Translations under genes and position numbers: made by a program
Origin: an uncultured Mollicutes bacterium
GTDB lineage: Bacteria; Bacillota_I; Bacilli_A; RFN20; CAG-826
Direction of reading: 5' to 3'
Assembly (NCBI GenBank): GCA_946539555.1
Contig: CAMNHN010000001.1
Coordinates: 1,806 to 65,805, forward strand
DNA: 64,000 nt
The notes under the pieces: generated by a model
Told to the model about the DNA's origin: nothing
Database searches by the model: none
The model's input: the letters and a program-made list of their open reading frames with translations, nothing else
Part shown: positions 45,943 to 55,037 of the stretch, one piece after another
Layout: every line of letters starts with the position of its first letter
Position numbering within the stretch: position 1 is the first letter of the stretch

Positions 45943-47766
45943 TTATTCTTTTACTTTATTTCTTGCTTCCCATTTTTTTCTTTCAGCATCGTTAAGAATT
46001 TTCTTTCTCATTCTGAAATTTGAAGGTGTAACTTCAACAAGCTCATCGCTATTAATATAATCTAAGCAAGATTCAAGAGACATTTTTCTAGGAGTTTTTA
46101 AAACAACTGTTTGATCTTTATTAGCGCTACGTTGGTTAGTTAAGTTTTTAGTTAAACAAACATTAACACTTAAATCCATGTCATATTTGTTTTCGCCAAC
46201 AATCATACCTTCATAAACTTCAGTACCTGGATAAATGAACATTGTTCCTCTTTCTTCAACGTGTTGGATTGCATAAGGAGTTGATTGACCAGATTGAGTT
46301 GCGACAAGAACACCAATTGGTCTTTCACCAATTTTTCCTCCAGCGATTGGTCTATATTCCTTAAAAGTGTGAGCGATAATTCCATAACCTTTTGTTAAAG
46401 TTAAGAAATTTGTGACAAATCCGATTAATCCTCTTGAAGGAATAACATAATTAATTTTTGTATTTAAATCATCAGAATTCATATCGATTAATTCGGCGTC
46501 TCTACTTCCTAAAGAAGTCATAATATCGCCAACATAATCGTTTGGAACTTCAACACTTAAATCTTCGTAAGGTTCTTGTTTAACTCCATCAATTTCTTTA
46601 ATGATGACTTGAGGCCTAGAAACTTCAATTTCGAAACCTTCCCTTCTCATATTTTCAATTAAAATGCCTAAATGAAGTTCTCCACGACCAGAAACAATCC
46701 AGTTTTCAGCATTTGGAACTCTCTTTACTTTAAGAGAAACGTCTCTTTGAGCTTCTTTTAATAATCTTTCTTCGATTTGTCTCCCGGTTAAAAGCTTTCC
46801 ATCTCTTCCTGAAAGAGGAGAAGTGTTTGTACCAAAAGTCATTTGGAGAGTTGGTTCATCAATGTGGAGTGGTTCAAGTGGTTCAACACCATTAACATCA
46901 CAAATTGTTTCTCCAATATTTATATCTGGTAATCCTGCAAAGGCAACGATTTCACCAGCGGAAGCTTGATATATATCTTGTTTTTTAAGTCCATAATATC
47001 CGATAAGTTTGAGGATTTTGAAGTTTTTAATTGTTCCATCAAGTCTAGCACAACTTACAGTTTCTCCAACCTTGATAGTACCTCTTTGAATACGACCAAT
47101 TCCCATTCTGCCGACATAATCGTTATAATCTAAAAGTGCTGCTTGAAGTTGTAAAGGACCTTCTAAAGTTACTTTTGGTTCTGGAATTTCTGAAATGATT
47201 AAGTCAAAAATAGGATCCATTCCAGGTTTTTGCGATTCTAAATCAGGAGTTGATGAAGAAGTGCCGTTTAAAGCAGAAGCATAAGCAACTTTAAAATCTA
47301 AGAATTCATCAGGAGCACCAAGTTCAATAAATAAATTTAAAACTTCATCGACAGCTTTTTCTGAATTTGCATTTGGTCTATCGATTTTATTAATAACAAC
47401 AACAGGTTTAACTCCGGCTTCAATAGCTTTTTTAAGAACAAAACGAGTTTGTGGCATCGTTCCTTCAAAAGCATCAACAAGAAGTAAACAGCCATCAACC
47501 ATGTGCATAATTCTTTCGACTTCACCGCCGAAATCAGCATGCCCTGGAGTGTCTAAAATGTTGATTTTATAATCTTTATATTGAATACTTGTAGTTTTAG
47601 CAAGGATTGTAATACCTCTTTCTCTTTCGATGTCGTTACTATCCATTGCACGATCTTCAAGTTTTTCGTTTTCTCTAAATGTTCCACTACATTTTAAAAG
47701 TTGGTTAACTAAAGTAGTTTTGCCGTGGTCAACGTGGGCAATAATCGCTACATTTCTCATTTTCAT
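45943..47766 (-). CDS. typA: Translational GTPase TypA/BipA
   Basis: [10 protein letters not shown]1, DTPGHADF G3 and NKIDR G4 motifs, EF-G-like domains, and a BipA C-terminal domain. Confidence 0.95.
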   Translation of the reverse strand: MKMRNVAIIAHVDHGKTTLVNQLLKCSGTFRENEKLEDRAMDSNDIERERGITILAKTTSIQYKDYKINILDTPGHADFGGEVERIMHMVDGCLLLVDAFEGTMPQTRFVLKKAIEAGVKPVVVINKIDRPNANSEKAVDEVLNLFIELGAPDEFLDFKVAYASALNGTSSSTPDLESQKPGMDPIFDLIISEIPEPKVTLEGPLQLQAALLDYNDYVGRMGIGRIQRGTIKVGETVSCARLDGTIKNFKILKLIGYYGLKKQDIYQASAGEIVAFAGLPDINIGETICDVNGVEPLEPLHIDEPTLQMTFGTNTSPLSGRDGKLLTGRQIEERLLKEAQRDVSLKVKRVPNAENWIVSGRGELHLGILIENMRREGFEIEVSRPQVIIKEIDGVKQEPYEDLSVEVPNDYVGDIMTSLGSRDAELIDMNSDDLNTKINYVIPSRGLIGFVTNFLTLTKGYGIIAHTFKEYRPIAGGKIGERPIGVLVATQSGQSTPYAIQHVEERGTMFIYPGTEVYEGMIVGENKYDMDLSVNVCLTKNLTNQRSANKDQTVVLKTPRKMSLESCLDYINSDELVEVTPSNFRMRKKILNDAERKKWEARNKVKE

Positions 47767-47832
47767 AGTTAAGACCTCCTTAAAAAATTACGTTTAATAC
47801 CTTATCACAATTAACAAGCAAATTAAATAAAA

Positions 47833-47850
47833 ATATACATTAATGTATAT
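47833..47850. promoter_or_regulatory. Perfect 18-bp palindrome ATATACATTAATGTATAT in the typA/uvrA divergent intergenic region
   Basis: Seen directly. It is a candidate operator. No GAAC-N4-GTTC Cheo/LexA box is present. Confidence 0.4.
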
Positions 47851-47925
47851 TTGCTTTGAAATATTTTCAAAATTTTAAGTTCATTAAACTTTTAAATAAT
47901 CACTTTAATGTTTATAATCTTTACT

Positions 47926-50787
47926 ATGGCAGTAAATGAAATTAAAGTTAACGGAGCAAAAGTAAATAACTTAAAAGATATCACAGTTTCGATTCCTAAA
48001 GAGAAACTTGTTGTTTTTACAGGTGTATCTGGTTCAGGAAAATCGACATTGGCATTTGATACTATTTTTGCTGAAGGTCAAAGAAGATATGTTGAAAGCT
48101 TGTCTAGTTATGCTAGACAATTTTTAGGTAGTTTTGAAAAACCTGATGTTGAGTCGATTGTTGGACTTTCTCCTGCAATTGCAATTGATCAAAAAAGCGT
48201 GTCACATAACCCAAGATCAACTGTTGGAACTGTTACTGAAATTTATGATTATTTAAGGTTGCTTTTTGCACGTGTTGGTGTGCCATATTGTCCAAATCAT
48301 AATATTCCTATTGAAGCGGTTTCTATTCAAAAAATCACTGATTTTGTACTAAAAAACCCTCTAAACTCAAAGATTCAAATTCTTTCTCCAATTGTTAGAG
48401 GTGAAAAAGGAACATATAAAGACACCATCGAAAAGATAAGAAAGGCTGGTTTTACTAGACTTAGAATTGATGGTGAAATGATGATGATTGAAGATGTTCA
48501 ACCATTAGATAAAAATAAAAGACATAATATCGATATAGTAATCGACAGAATCGCTTTAAAAGAAGATAGTAGATCAAGAGTTTTTGAAGCTGTTGAAATG
48601 GCTTCAGAATGGGCTAATGGATTTGTTTTAATTGTCGTTGGTGATAATGAAACTTTATATAGCGAACATAATTCTTGTCCTATTTGTGGATTTACTGTTC
48701 CAAAACTAGAACCAAGATTATTTTCATTTAATTCACCACAAGGATATTGTCCAAATTGTGAAGGATTAGGTATTACTCAAGAAGTTGATATCAATCTTTT
48801 AGTTCCTGATCAAAATTTATCAATAAATGATGGTGCTATTACTTTTTATAAAAATATAGTTGGAACAAAAAATCTAGATTGGCAACAATTCCAAGCTTTA
48901 ATGGATTATTACCATATCGATGGAAATAAACCATTCAAAGATTTAACCGAAAAAGAAAAAGATATTGTTTTAAATGGCTCAAAAGATCCACTTAACATTA
49001 CTCTTAAATCAACAAGTGGCAACGTGAATAAAAGATCTGGATATATTGAAGGTGCAAAGACTCGTATTGAAAGACTTTATAGAGAAACCTCAAGTGAATG
49101 GACTCGTGAATGGTATGCATCATTCATGAAAGATAAAGAGTGCTCAAAATGTCACGGTGCTAGACTTAATGAACAAGTTTTAAGTGTAAAAGTTGATGGG
49201 TTAAATATATATGAAGTCACATGTTTAAGTTTAGAAAATTTATATAAATTTATCGATGGTTTACGTCAAAAATTAACTCCATATCAACTCACTGTTGCTT
49301 CTATGATAATTAACGAAATTAAAAATAGAACACAATTTTTAATCGATGTTGGTCTTGAATATTTAAATCTTGCTCGTATGTCAATGACGCTTTCTGGAGG
49401 CGAATCTCAACGTATTAGACTTGCTACACAAATTGGTTCAAAACTCTCTGGTGTTTTATATGTTTTAGATGAACCATCAATTGGTTTACATCAAAGAGAT
49501 TCAGAAAAATTAATTGCTTCTTTAAAAGAAATGAGAGATTTAGGAAATACTTTAATTGTTGTTGAACATGATGAAGAAACAATTAGAAGTGCCGATTATA
49601 TCGTTGATATTGGTCCAGGAGCAGGAGTTCATGGTGGTGAAGTTGTCGCTGCTGGAACTTTAGAAGATATTGAAAATAATAAAAATTCTTTAACTGGTGA
49701 TTATTTATCTGGAAGAAAATTTATTGCAGTTCCTTATCAAAGAAGAAAAGGAAATGGAAAATTTATAACGATAACTGGCTGTAAAGTTAATAATTTAAAA
49801 AATGTTACAGCAAAGATTCCACTTGGAACATTTACTTGTGTAACTGGAGTTTCTGGTTCAGGTAAATCAAGTTTAATTAATGATACTTTATATAATGCCA
49901 TTTTAGAAAAGACGGAAGGAAAATATCTTGAAGTAGGAGAATATTCTGAACTTGAAGGCTTAGAAAATATTGATAAAGTCATTAATGTTTCTCAAGAACC
50001 AATTGGACGTACTCCAAGATCAAATCCTGCTACATATGTAAAAGCATTCGATGATATTCGTGAAATTTTCTCTCAAACAATTGAGGCAAAATCAAGAGGA
50101 TATGATAAAGGAAGATTCTCATTTAATGTTAGTGGTGGAAGATGTGAGCACTGTTGGGGAGCTGGCGTTACTCGTATTCCAATGAATTTTTTACCTGATG
50201 TTTATGTCACTTGTGATGAATGTAATGGTAAAAGATATAATGAAGAAACTTTAATGTGTACATATAAAGGAAAAAATATTCATGATGTTTTAGATATGAC
50301 AATTGAAGATGCTTATGAATTCTTTAAAGATCACATTAAACTTGCTCGTAAACTTAAAACTCTTGTTGATGTTGGTTTAGGCTACATAAAAGTAGGTCAA
50401 CCTGCAACAACTTTATCAGGAGGAGAAGCTCAAAGAGTTAAACTTGCTTATTATTTAGAAAAAAGAGCAACAGGAAAAACTTTGTTCATTTTAGATGAAC
50501 CAACAACAGGTTTACATACTGATGATGTAAAGCGTCTTATTGAAGTTTTGCAACGAATTGCTGATAATGGAGATACAATAGTTGTTATTGAACACAATTT
50601 AGATATAATCAAAATTGCAGATTATATTATTGATCTTGGACCTGAAGGTGGAGATAAAGGCGGAAATATTATTGCCACTGGTACACCTGAAGAAGTCGCT
50701 CAAAGTAAAGTTAGTTACACTGGAAAATACTTAAAGAGAGTTCTTGAAGAAGACAAGGCGCGAAAGGAGAAATTCTTAAATGAATGA
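47926..50787 (+). CDS. uvrA: Excinuclease ABC subunit A
   Basis: Two ABC ATPase modules (GVSGSGKST twice; LSGGESQRIRLA and LSGGEAQRVKLA) and zinc fingers (CPICG...CPNCEG; CEHC...CDEC). The start is set at ATG 47926 (MAVNEIKV), which aligns with the usual UvrA N-terminus. TATAAT at 47913-18 lies 7 nt upstream, suggesting a possibly leaderless mRNA. The track starts at 47908. Confidence 0.95.
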   Translation: MAVNEIKVNGAKVNNLKDITVSIPKEKLVVFTGVSGSGKSTLAFDTIFAEGQRRYVESLSSYARQFLGSFEKPDVESIVGLSPAIAIDQKSVSHNPRSTVGTVTEIYDYLRLLFARVGVPYCPNHNIPIEAVSIQKITDFVLKNPLNSKIQILSPIVRGEKGTYKDTIEKIRKAGFTRLRIDGEMMMIEDVQPLDKNKRHNIDIVIDRIALKEDSRSRVFEAVEMASEWANGFVLIVVGDNETLYSEHNSCPICGFTVPKLEPRLFSFNSPQGYCPNCEGLGITQEVDINLLVPDQNLSINDGAITFYKNIVGTKNLDWQQFQALMDYYHIDGNKPFKDLTEKEKDIVLNGSKDPLNITLKSTSGNVNKRSGYIEGAKTRIERLYRETSSEWTREWYASFMKDKECSKCHGARLNEQVLSVKVDGLNIYEVTCLSLENLYKFIDGLRQKLTPYQLTVASMIINEIKNRTQFLIDVGLEYLNLARMSMTLSGGESQRIRLATQIGSKLSGVLYVLDEPSIGLHQRDSEKLIASLKEMRDLGNTLIVVEHDEETIRSADYIVDIGPGAGVHGGEVVAAGTLEDIENNKNSLTGDYLSGRKFIAVPYQRRKGNGKFITITGCKVNNLKNVTAKIPLGTFTCVTGVSGSGKSSLINDTLYNAILEKTEGKYLEVGEYSELEGLENIDKVINVSQEPIGRTPRSNPATYVKAFDDIREIFSQTIEAKSRGYDKGRFSFNVSGGRCEHCWGAGVTRIPMNFLPDVYVTCDECNGKRYNEETLMCTYKGKNIHDVLDMTIEDAYEFFKDHIKLARKLKTLVDVGLGYIKVGQPATTLSGGEAQRVKLAYYLEKRATGKTLFILDEPTTGLHTDDVKRLIEVLQRIADNGDTIVVIEHNLDIIKIADYIIDLGPEGGDKGGNIIATGTPEEVAQSKVSYTGKYLKRVLEEDKARKEKFLNE

Positions 50788-52309
50788 AGTCTTTTATTAC
50801 ATCGCGATGGTTTTATTTTTAGCGGGTGCAATACTCTATTATTTAGCTGTTAAAAATGCTTATAAAAATAAAAATTCTTTAGATGAAAAAACTTTACTTT
50901 TTAAAAAATCTTTGAGTTTTGCAGGGTTTTTCGCTTTAATTCTTGTTTCTTTAATAATTTTTACAGTTGTTTTTTATACTTCTGAATCAACAATTAATTA
51001 TTTAGAAACAGCTTCAATTGAACTAAATCCTGGAAGATTATTTATGTCTTATTTCTTCCTTATTTTATTTGTTGTTTTTGTTTTTGCATTCCTTACTTCC
51101 TTTATTTATATATTCTATTTCAAGCAAGTAACAAGCGATAAAACAAAAAAGATTTTGAAGTGGATAATGTATGGATCAATTCCTTTAATGGCTGTTTCTT
51201 TTATTTTAATGTCAGAAGGGAATGCGCCATATTTACAATACCCACTTTGTAATTCTTTATATATTGGAATTCATGGAATTAAATTTATAAATAGTTATAC
51301 AAAACCTGCTCCTTTTTATACTGATAAAGGGGTTCTAGATGGTGGCATAATTATCGCATTTTATGCTATTTTTATACTTTCTGGAGCATTACTTGTTTTA
51401 GGTATTTGTGATCATTTTGTTTATAAATTTTATGGAAAACATGGATTATTAACCACTTGTTTTTATATCGCTTTCCCTATGGGAATAATTGGTGCACGTT
51501 TATGGTATGTCTTATTAGATATAAGTAAAAACGGAGAAATGTCTTCTTATGTATTGGAGTGGACAAATATTTTTAGAATTCAAGATGGTGGACTAGGTAT
51601 TATGGGTGGAGCAATTTTAGGAATTATTGCTGGAGTTACTGTAATGCTAACTTTAAAATATTGGAAAAAAGACCCAGTTTATCGTCACATGAGTTATTTA
51701 AGAATTGTTGATATTTGTGTCCCAGCTATTTTAATTGCTCAAGGAATCGGAAGAACTGGAAATTTCTTTAATTGCGAAGTTCATGGTGCAGAAATTCCTT
51801 ATGAAGCGCTTAATTTCTTACCTACATTTATTCAAAATAATTATCAATTCTCTTACGCATATCAAGCAGATCCAGGAAAAGTTTATTTACCTTTAGCTCT
51901 AATTGAATCTATTACGAATTTAATCGGTTATTTTGTTATTTATTTTGGATTTGTTAGAGGATTTAAAAAATATCATGCTCCAGGAGCTGGAGTAGGAATG
52001 TATCTAATTTGGTACGGATTAACTCGTGTATTACTTGAACCACTTAGAGCTGGCACATTTGAATATAATATGAGTTATTATTCAGCTTATGGAATGGTTG
52101 GTTTAGGTGTTTTGATTTGTATTTTCTTTGTTGTTTGGAGAATTCTTGTTGTTAAAAAATTATGGTTTTATAAAACAAGAGAATATATTGATTCAATTAT
52201 AATTGATGATTCAATTTCTAAAGAAAAGATGATTAGAAACGCAATTATTTTAGCTGTTTCACTTATAATAATTGTTGTAGGAATAAGTGTTTTAATGAAT
52301 ATATGGTAA
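50780..52309 (+). CDS. lgt: Prolipoprotein diacylglyceryl transferase with about 200-aa extra N-terminal membrane domain
   Basis: The C-terminal about 300 aa carry the Lgt signature GIGRTGNFFNCEVHG (G-x-x-R-x-G-N-F) and the conserved Y/H/W residues. The N-terminal 200 aa add 4-5 extra TM helices. It overlaps the uvrA stop by 8 nt. Confidence 0.8.
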   Translation: MNEVFYYIAMVLFLAGAILYYLAVKNAYKNKNSLDEKTLLFKKSLSFAGFFALILVSLIIFTVVFYTSESTINYLETASIELNPGRLFMSYFFLILFVVFVFAFLTSFIYIFYFKQVTSDKTKKILKWIMYGSIPLMAVSFILMSEGNAPYLQYPLCNSLYIGIHGIKFINSYTKPAPFYTDKGVLDGGIIIAFYAIFILSGALLVLGICDHFVYKFYGKHGLLTTCFYIAFPMGIIGARLWYVLLDISKNGEMSSYVLEWTNIFRIQDGGLGIMGGAILGIIAGVTVMLTLKYWKKDPVYRHMSYLRIVDICVPAILIAQGIGRTGNFFNCEVHGAEIPYEALNFLPTFIQNNYQFSYAYQADPGKVYLPLALIESITNLIGYFVIYFGFVRGFKKYHAPGAGVGMYLIWYGLTRVLLEPLRAGTFEYNMSYYSAYGMVGLGVLICIFFVVWRILVVKKLWFYKTREYIDSIIIDDSISKEKMIRNAIILAVSLIIIVVGISVLMNIW

Positions 52310-52944
52310 AGCTTTTGATTTTTGATATGGATGGAACTCTTATCGATACTGATAAGGTGCTATTTGAAACACGGAAAGAACTTTTCCTCCTTTATAAACC
52401 AAAAGATTTTGCTATTGATGAAGAAGTGATTAGAACTTATAGTGGACCTCCAATTCAAGAATCTATTGCTAATGCTTTCCCTGAAAAAGATCCAAATTTT
52501 ATATTAAAAGAATATAGAGCTCGTACAGAAAAATATTACGATTATTATCTTAAACTTTACCCAGGAGAAAAAGAGATTTTAAAGAAACTTCATAGTGAAG
52601 GTTATATTTTAACTATCGCTACTCAAAAGAATAAAAAGATGGCATTAAAGTCTTTAGAGATGAAAGGAATTTGTGATTATTTTTCTCTTATTTTAACTAG
52701 CAATGATGGTTTTAAAACCAAACCATCTCCAGATATGATTAATTATATTTTAGCTAACTTTAATTGTAAGCCTGAAGAAGCGATTATGATTGGTGATACA
52801 GCTTATGATTATTTAGCTGCAAAAAACGCTAATGTTAAATCAATTCTTTTTAAAGGTAGTAAAAGAACTTATTCAGAAGAGGTAAATCCTGAAGGTATTT
52901 TTGAAACATATGATGAGATTTATCGTTTTTTGAAACAATTATGA
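52303..52944 (+). CDS. HAD-family hydrolase (PpaX/phosphoglycolate-phosphatase-like)
   Basis: LIFDMDGTLIDTD motif I. It follows lgt as yvoD/ppaX does in the Bacillus hprK-lgt-ppaX region. Confidence 0.75.
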   Translation: MVKLLIFDMDGTLIDTDKVLFETRKELFLLYKPKDFAIDEEVIRTYSGPPIQESIANAFPEKDPNFILKEYRARTEKYYDYYLKLYPGEKEILKKLHSEGYILTIATQKNKKMALKSLEMKGICDYFSLILTSNDGFKTKPSPDMINYILANFNCKPEEAIMIGDTAYDYLAAKNANVKSILFKGSKRTYSEEVNPEGIFETYDEIYRFLKQL

Positions 52945-52971
52945 TAAAAATTTGAATTTTAAGTAAATTTT

Positions 52972-53021
52972 TCGGAAGAAATAACTTGTTGCTCCCTTTG
53001 TATTAGTGAAGGGAGTTTTTT
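52972..53021 (+). repeat. Copy B of the SD-sequestering hairpin element, immediately followed by ATG 53022
   Basis: TCGGAAGAAAT-aacttgttg-G-CTCCCTT-tgtattagtg-AAGGGAG-TTTTTT-ATG. TTGAAT sits 14 nt upstream, as in copy A. Confidence 0.7.
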
Positions 53022-55037
53022 ATGCTCAAAATTGAAAACATTACAAAGTCATTTAAAATATCAAAAGATCGTTCTATGTTAGCTTTAAATAATATTAGCT
53101 ACAATTTTCCATCATCTGGATTATTTTATATTATTGGAAAAAGTGGAAGTGGTAAGTCTACGCTTTTAAATATTATTTCAGGTTTAATGGAGCCAACTTC
53201 AGGAAAAATTGAATTTGAAGGAAAAGACATTACAAAACTAAGTGCAAAAGAAAGAGAACAATTTTTAAAAAATGATATCTCAATCATTTTCCAAAAATAT
53301 AACCTAATAGAAGATATGAGTGTTAAGGAAAATCTTGATGTTGCTTTATCTATTAAGCAAATCGATGATAAAGAAAAATGCGATAATCTTCTAGAAAAAT
53401 ATGGATTAAAGAATAAAAAAGATCAGATTGTTTCTACACTTAGTGGAGGAGAAAAACAACGCTTGGCTTTAATAAGAGCCTTATTAGGAAGTCCAAAAGT
53501 TTTGCTTTGTGATGAGCCAACAGGTGCACTTGATAAAGATAATAGTGATGAACTAATCGATGATTTAATTTCTCTTTCTAAAGAGATGCTCGTTATAGTT
53601 GTTACTCACAATATGCGATATATAAAGAAATATAAGACAGGATTTATAAAGCTTGATAATGGAAATCTTGTAGGGAAACGGGTACCTAGAAAAGAAAATA
53701 AAGAAGTCGAAAGAAAACCAATTAAAAAGAAGAAAAACGATAAATTCATTTTTGAAATGGCACGCAAAAATATGAATAAAAATAAAAAAAGAAATCTAAT
53801 TAGTACGATTTCTGCAGCGTTTTCGTTTGTTTTGCTACTTTTATCAACTTTTTTCAATTTATCAATTTCATCATCAAAGGCAACTTTAATTGATACTTAT
53901 GTTAATAAGTCGTCTTTTAAAGTGAGTGAAGTAAGTTATGAAGAAATTGAAGATTCACCATTAAGTTTAATTAAAAACAAGAGGCCTCAATATAATGATG
54001 TTTATAACCTTATTGATGGAAAATCATTTTTAATAAATTATTCATATGATTATTTTTTTAGTGGAGATGTTCAGCTTATAAATTCATCTTTAAGCTTCAA
54101 AGATTTTAAGTGCAAACCAATTTTTGATAAAGAATTAAAAGAAGATGAAGTAATAATCAACAATGTTTTTTATGATAAGTTTTTTGACGAGCAAAAAATT
54201 TCGCCTCTTGATATAACTGTGTCACTAAAGCTGAAAAAGGATTTAACTTATTTTAGTGAATTTTCAAATAAGACGATTGTTGACACATTTGATAAAGAAA
54301 TTAATGTTAATATAACAAAAGTTCAAGAAGAATTTTCGTATATGAATGAACCAACTCTTTATTATTCAAGTTCATATATTGAAAGGATTTTAAAAGAAAC
54401 TGATGCGATTAATTCAAGTGAAGACAGGGGAGAGTTTACTAGTTTTTATAATCTTTTAGAAGAATGTAAAGAGACTGATGAGCTAAGCGATTTTTCTTAT
54501 TATATTTTTGCACTTGATGAAAATAGCAAAAATTATGCTTATGGATTAATTGAAAAATTAGGCGAAGAAGACAAAATTCATTTAGAAAACTTTGGTTATA
54601 CGATGACTAGTTCATTTATAACATTATCAAAATCAATTTTTACGGTCTTAAATATTTTAATTTTTGTCGCACTTGTAGTTTCCTTGTTTATATGTGGATT
54701 TTTAGCATATTCATCATCAATTTTGCACAGGAAAGAATCGGCGATTTTGTCTTCACTAGGAGCTTCTAAAAATAGCATTTTCCAAATTTATGTATTTGAA
54801 CAAACTGCGTATTCTTCTTTAGGAATTTTCTTAGGAATTTTGTTTTCTTTATTAAGTATTTCAATTATCAATTTAACATTAAGCAAATTTTTTATTACAA
54901 GTTCATTTATAAAAGCTGATCCACTAACAATCTTATTATTTAGCTTAATGATGCTACTTTTTGACTTAATTGTAGCTTATATTCCTTTAAGGATTATTAA
55001 GACTAGAAAGATTTACGAGGAATTAAAAGAAGAATGA
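53022..55037 (+). CDS. Fused ABC ATPase / FtsX-type permease (single polypeptide, 671 aa)
   Basis: N-terminal ATPase ([43 protein letters not shown]), TM1 (LISTISAAFSFVLLLLSTFF), a roughly 240-aa extracytoplasmic domain, and a C-terminal FtsX 3-TM module. Confidence 0.8.
   Translation: MLKIENITKSFKISKDRSMLALNNISYNFPSSGLFYIIGKSGSGKSTLLNIISGLMEPTSGKIEFEGKDITKLSAKEREQFLKNDISIIFQKYNLIEDMSVKENLDVALSIKQIDDKEKCDNLLEKYGLKNKKDQIVSTLSGGEKQRLALIRALLGSPKVLLCDEPTGALDKDNSDELIDDLISLSKEMLVIVVTHNMRYIKKYKTGFIKLDNGNLVGKRVPRKENKEVERKPIKKKKNDKFIFEMARKNMNKNKKRNLISTISAAFSFVLLLLSTFFNLSISSSKATLIDTYVNKSSFKVSEVSYEEIEDSPLSLIKNKRPQYNDVYNLIDGKSFLINYSYDYFFSGDVQLINSSLSFKDFKCKPIFDKELKEDEVIINNVFYDKFFDEQKISPLDITVSLKLKKDLTYFSEFSNKTIVDTFDKEINVNITKVQEEFSYMNEPTLYYSSSYIERILKETDAINSSEDRGEFTSFYNLLEECKETDELSDFSYYIFALDENSKNYAYGLIEKLGEEDKIHLENFGYTMTSSFITLSKSIFTVLNILIFVALVVSLFICGFLAYSSSILHRKESAILSSLGASKNSIFQIYVFEQTAYSSLGIFLGILFSLLSISIINLTLSKFFITSSFIKADPLTILLFSLMMLLFDLIVAYIPLRIIKTRKIYEELKEE

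Noticed and set aside
47767-47925. SOS/LexA (Cheo) box upstream of uvrA, and likewise upstream of uvrB at about 30700
   Set aside because: No GAAC-N4-GTTC or CGAACRNRYGTTCG-like site was found. The uvrB upstream region is coding (the yitT-family gene).
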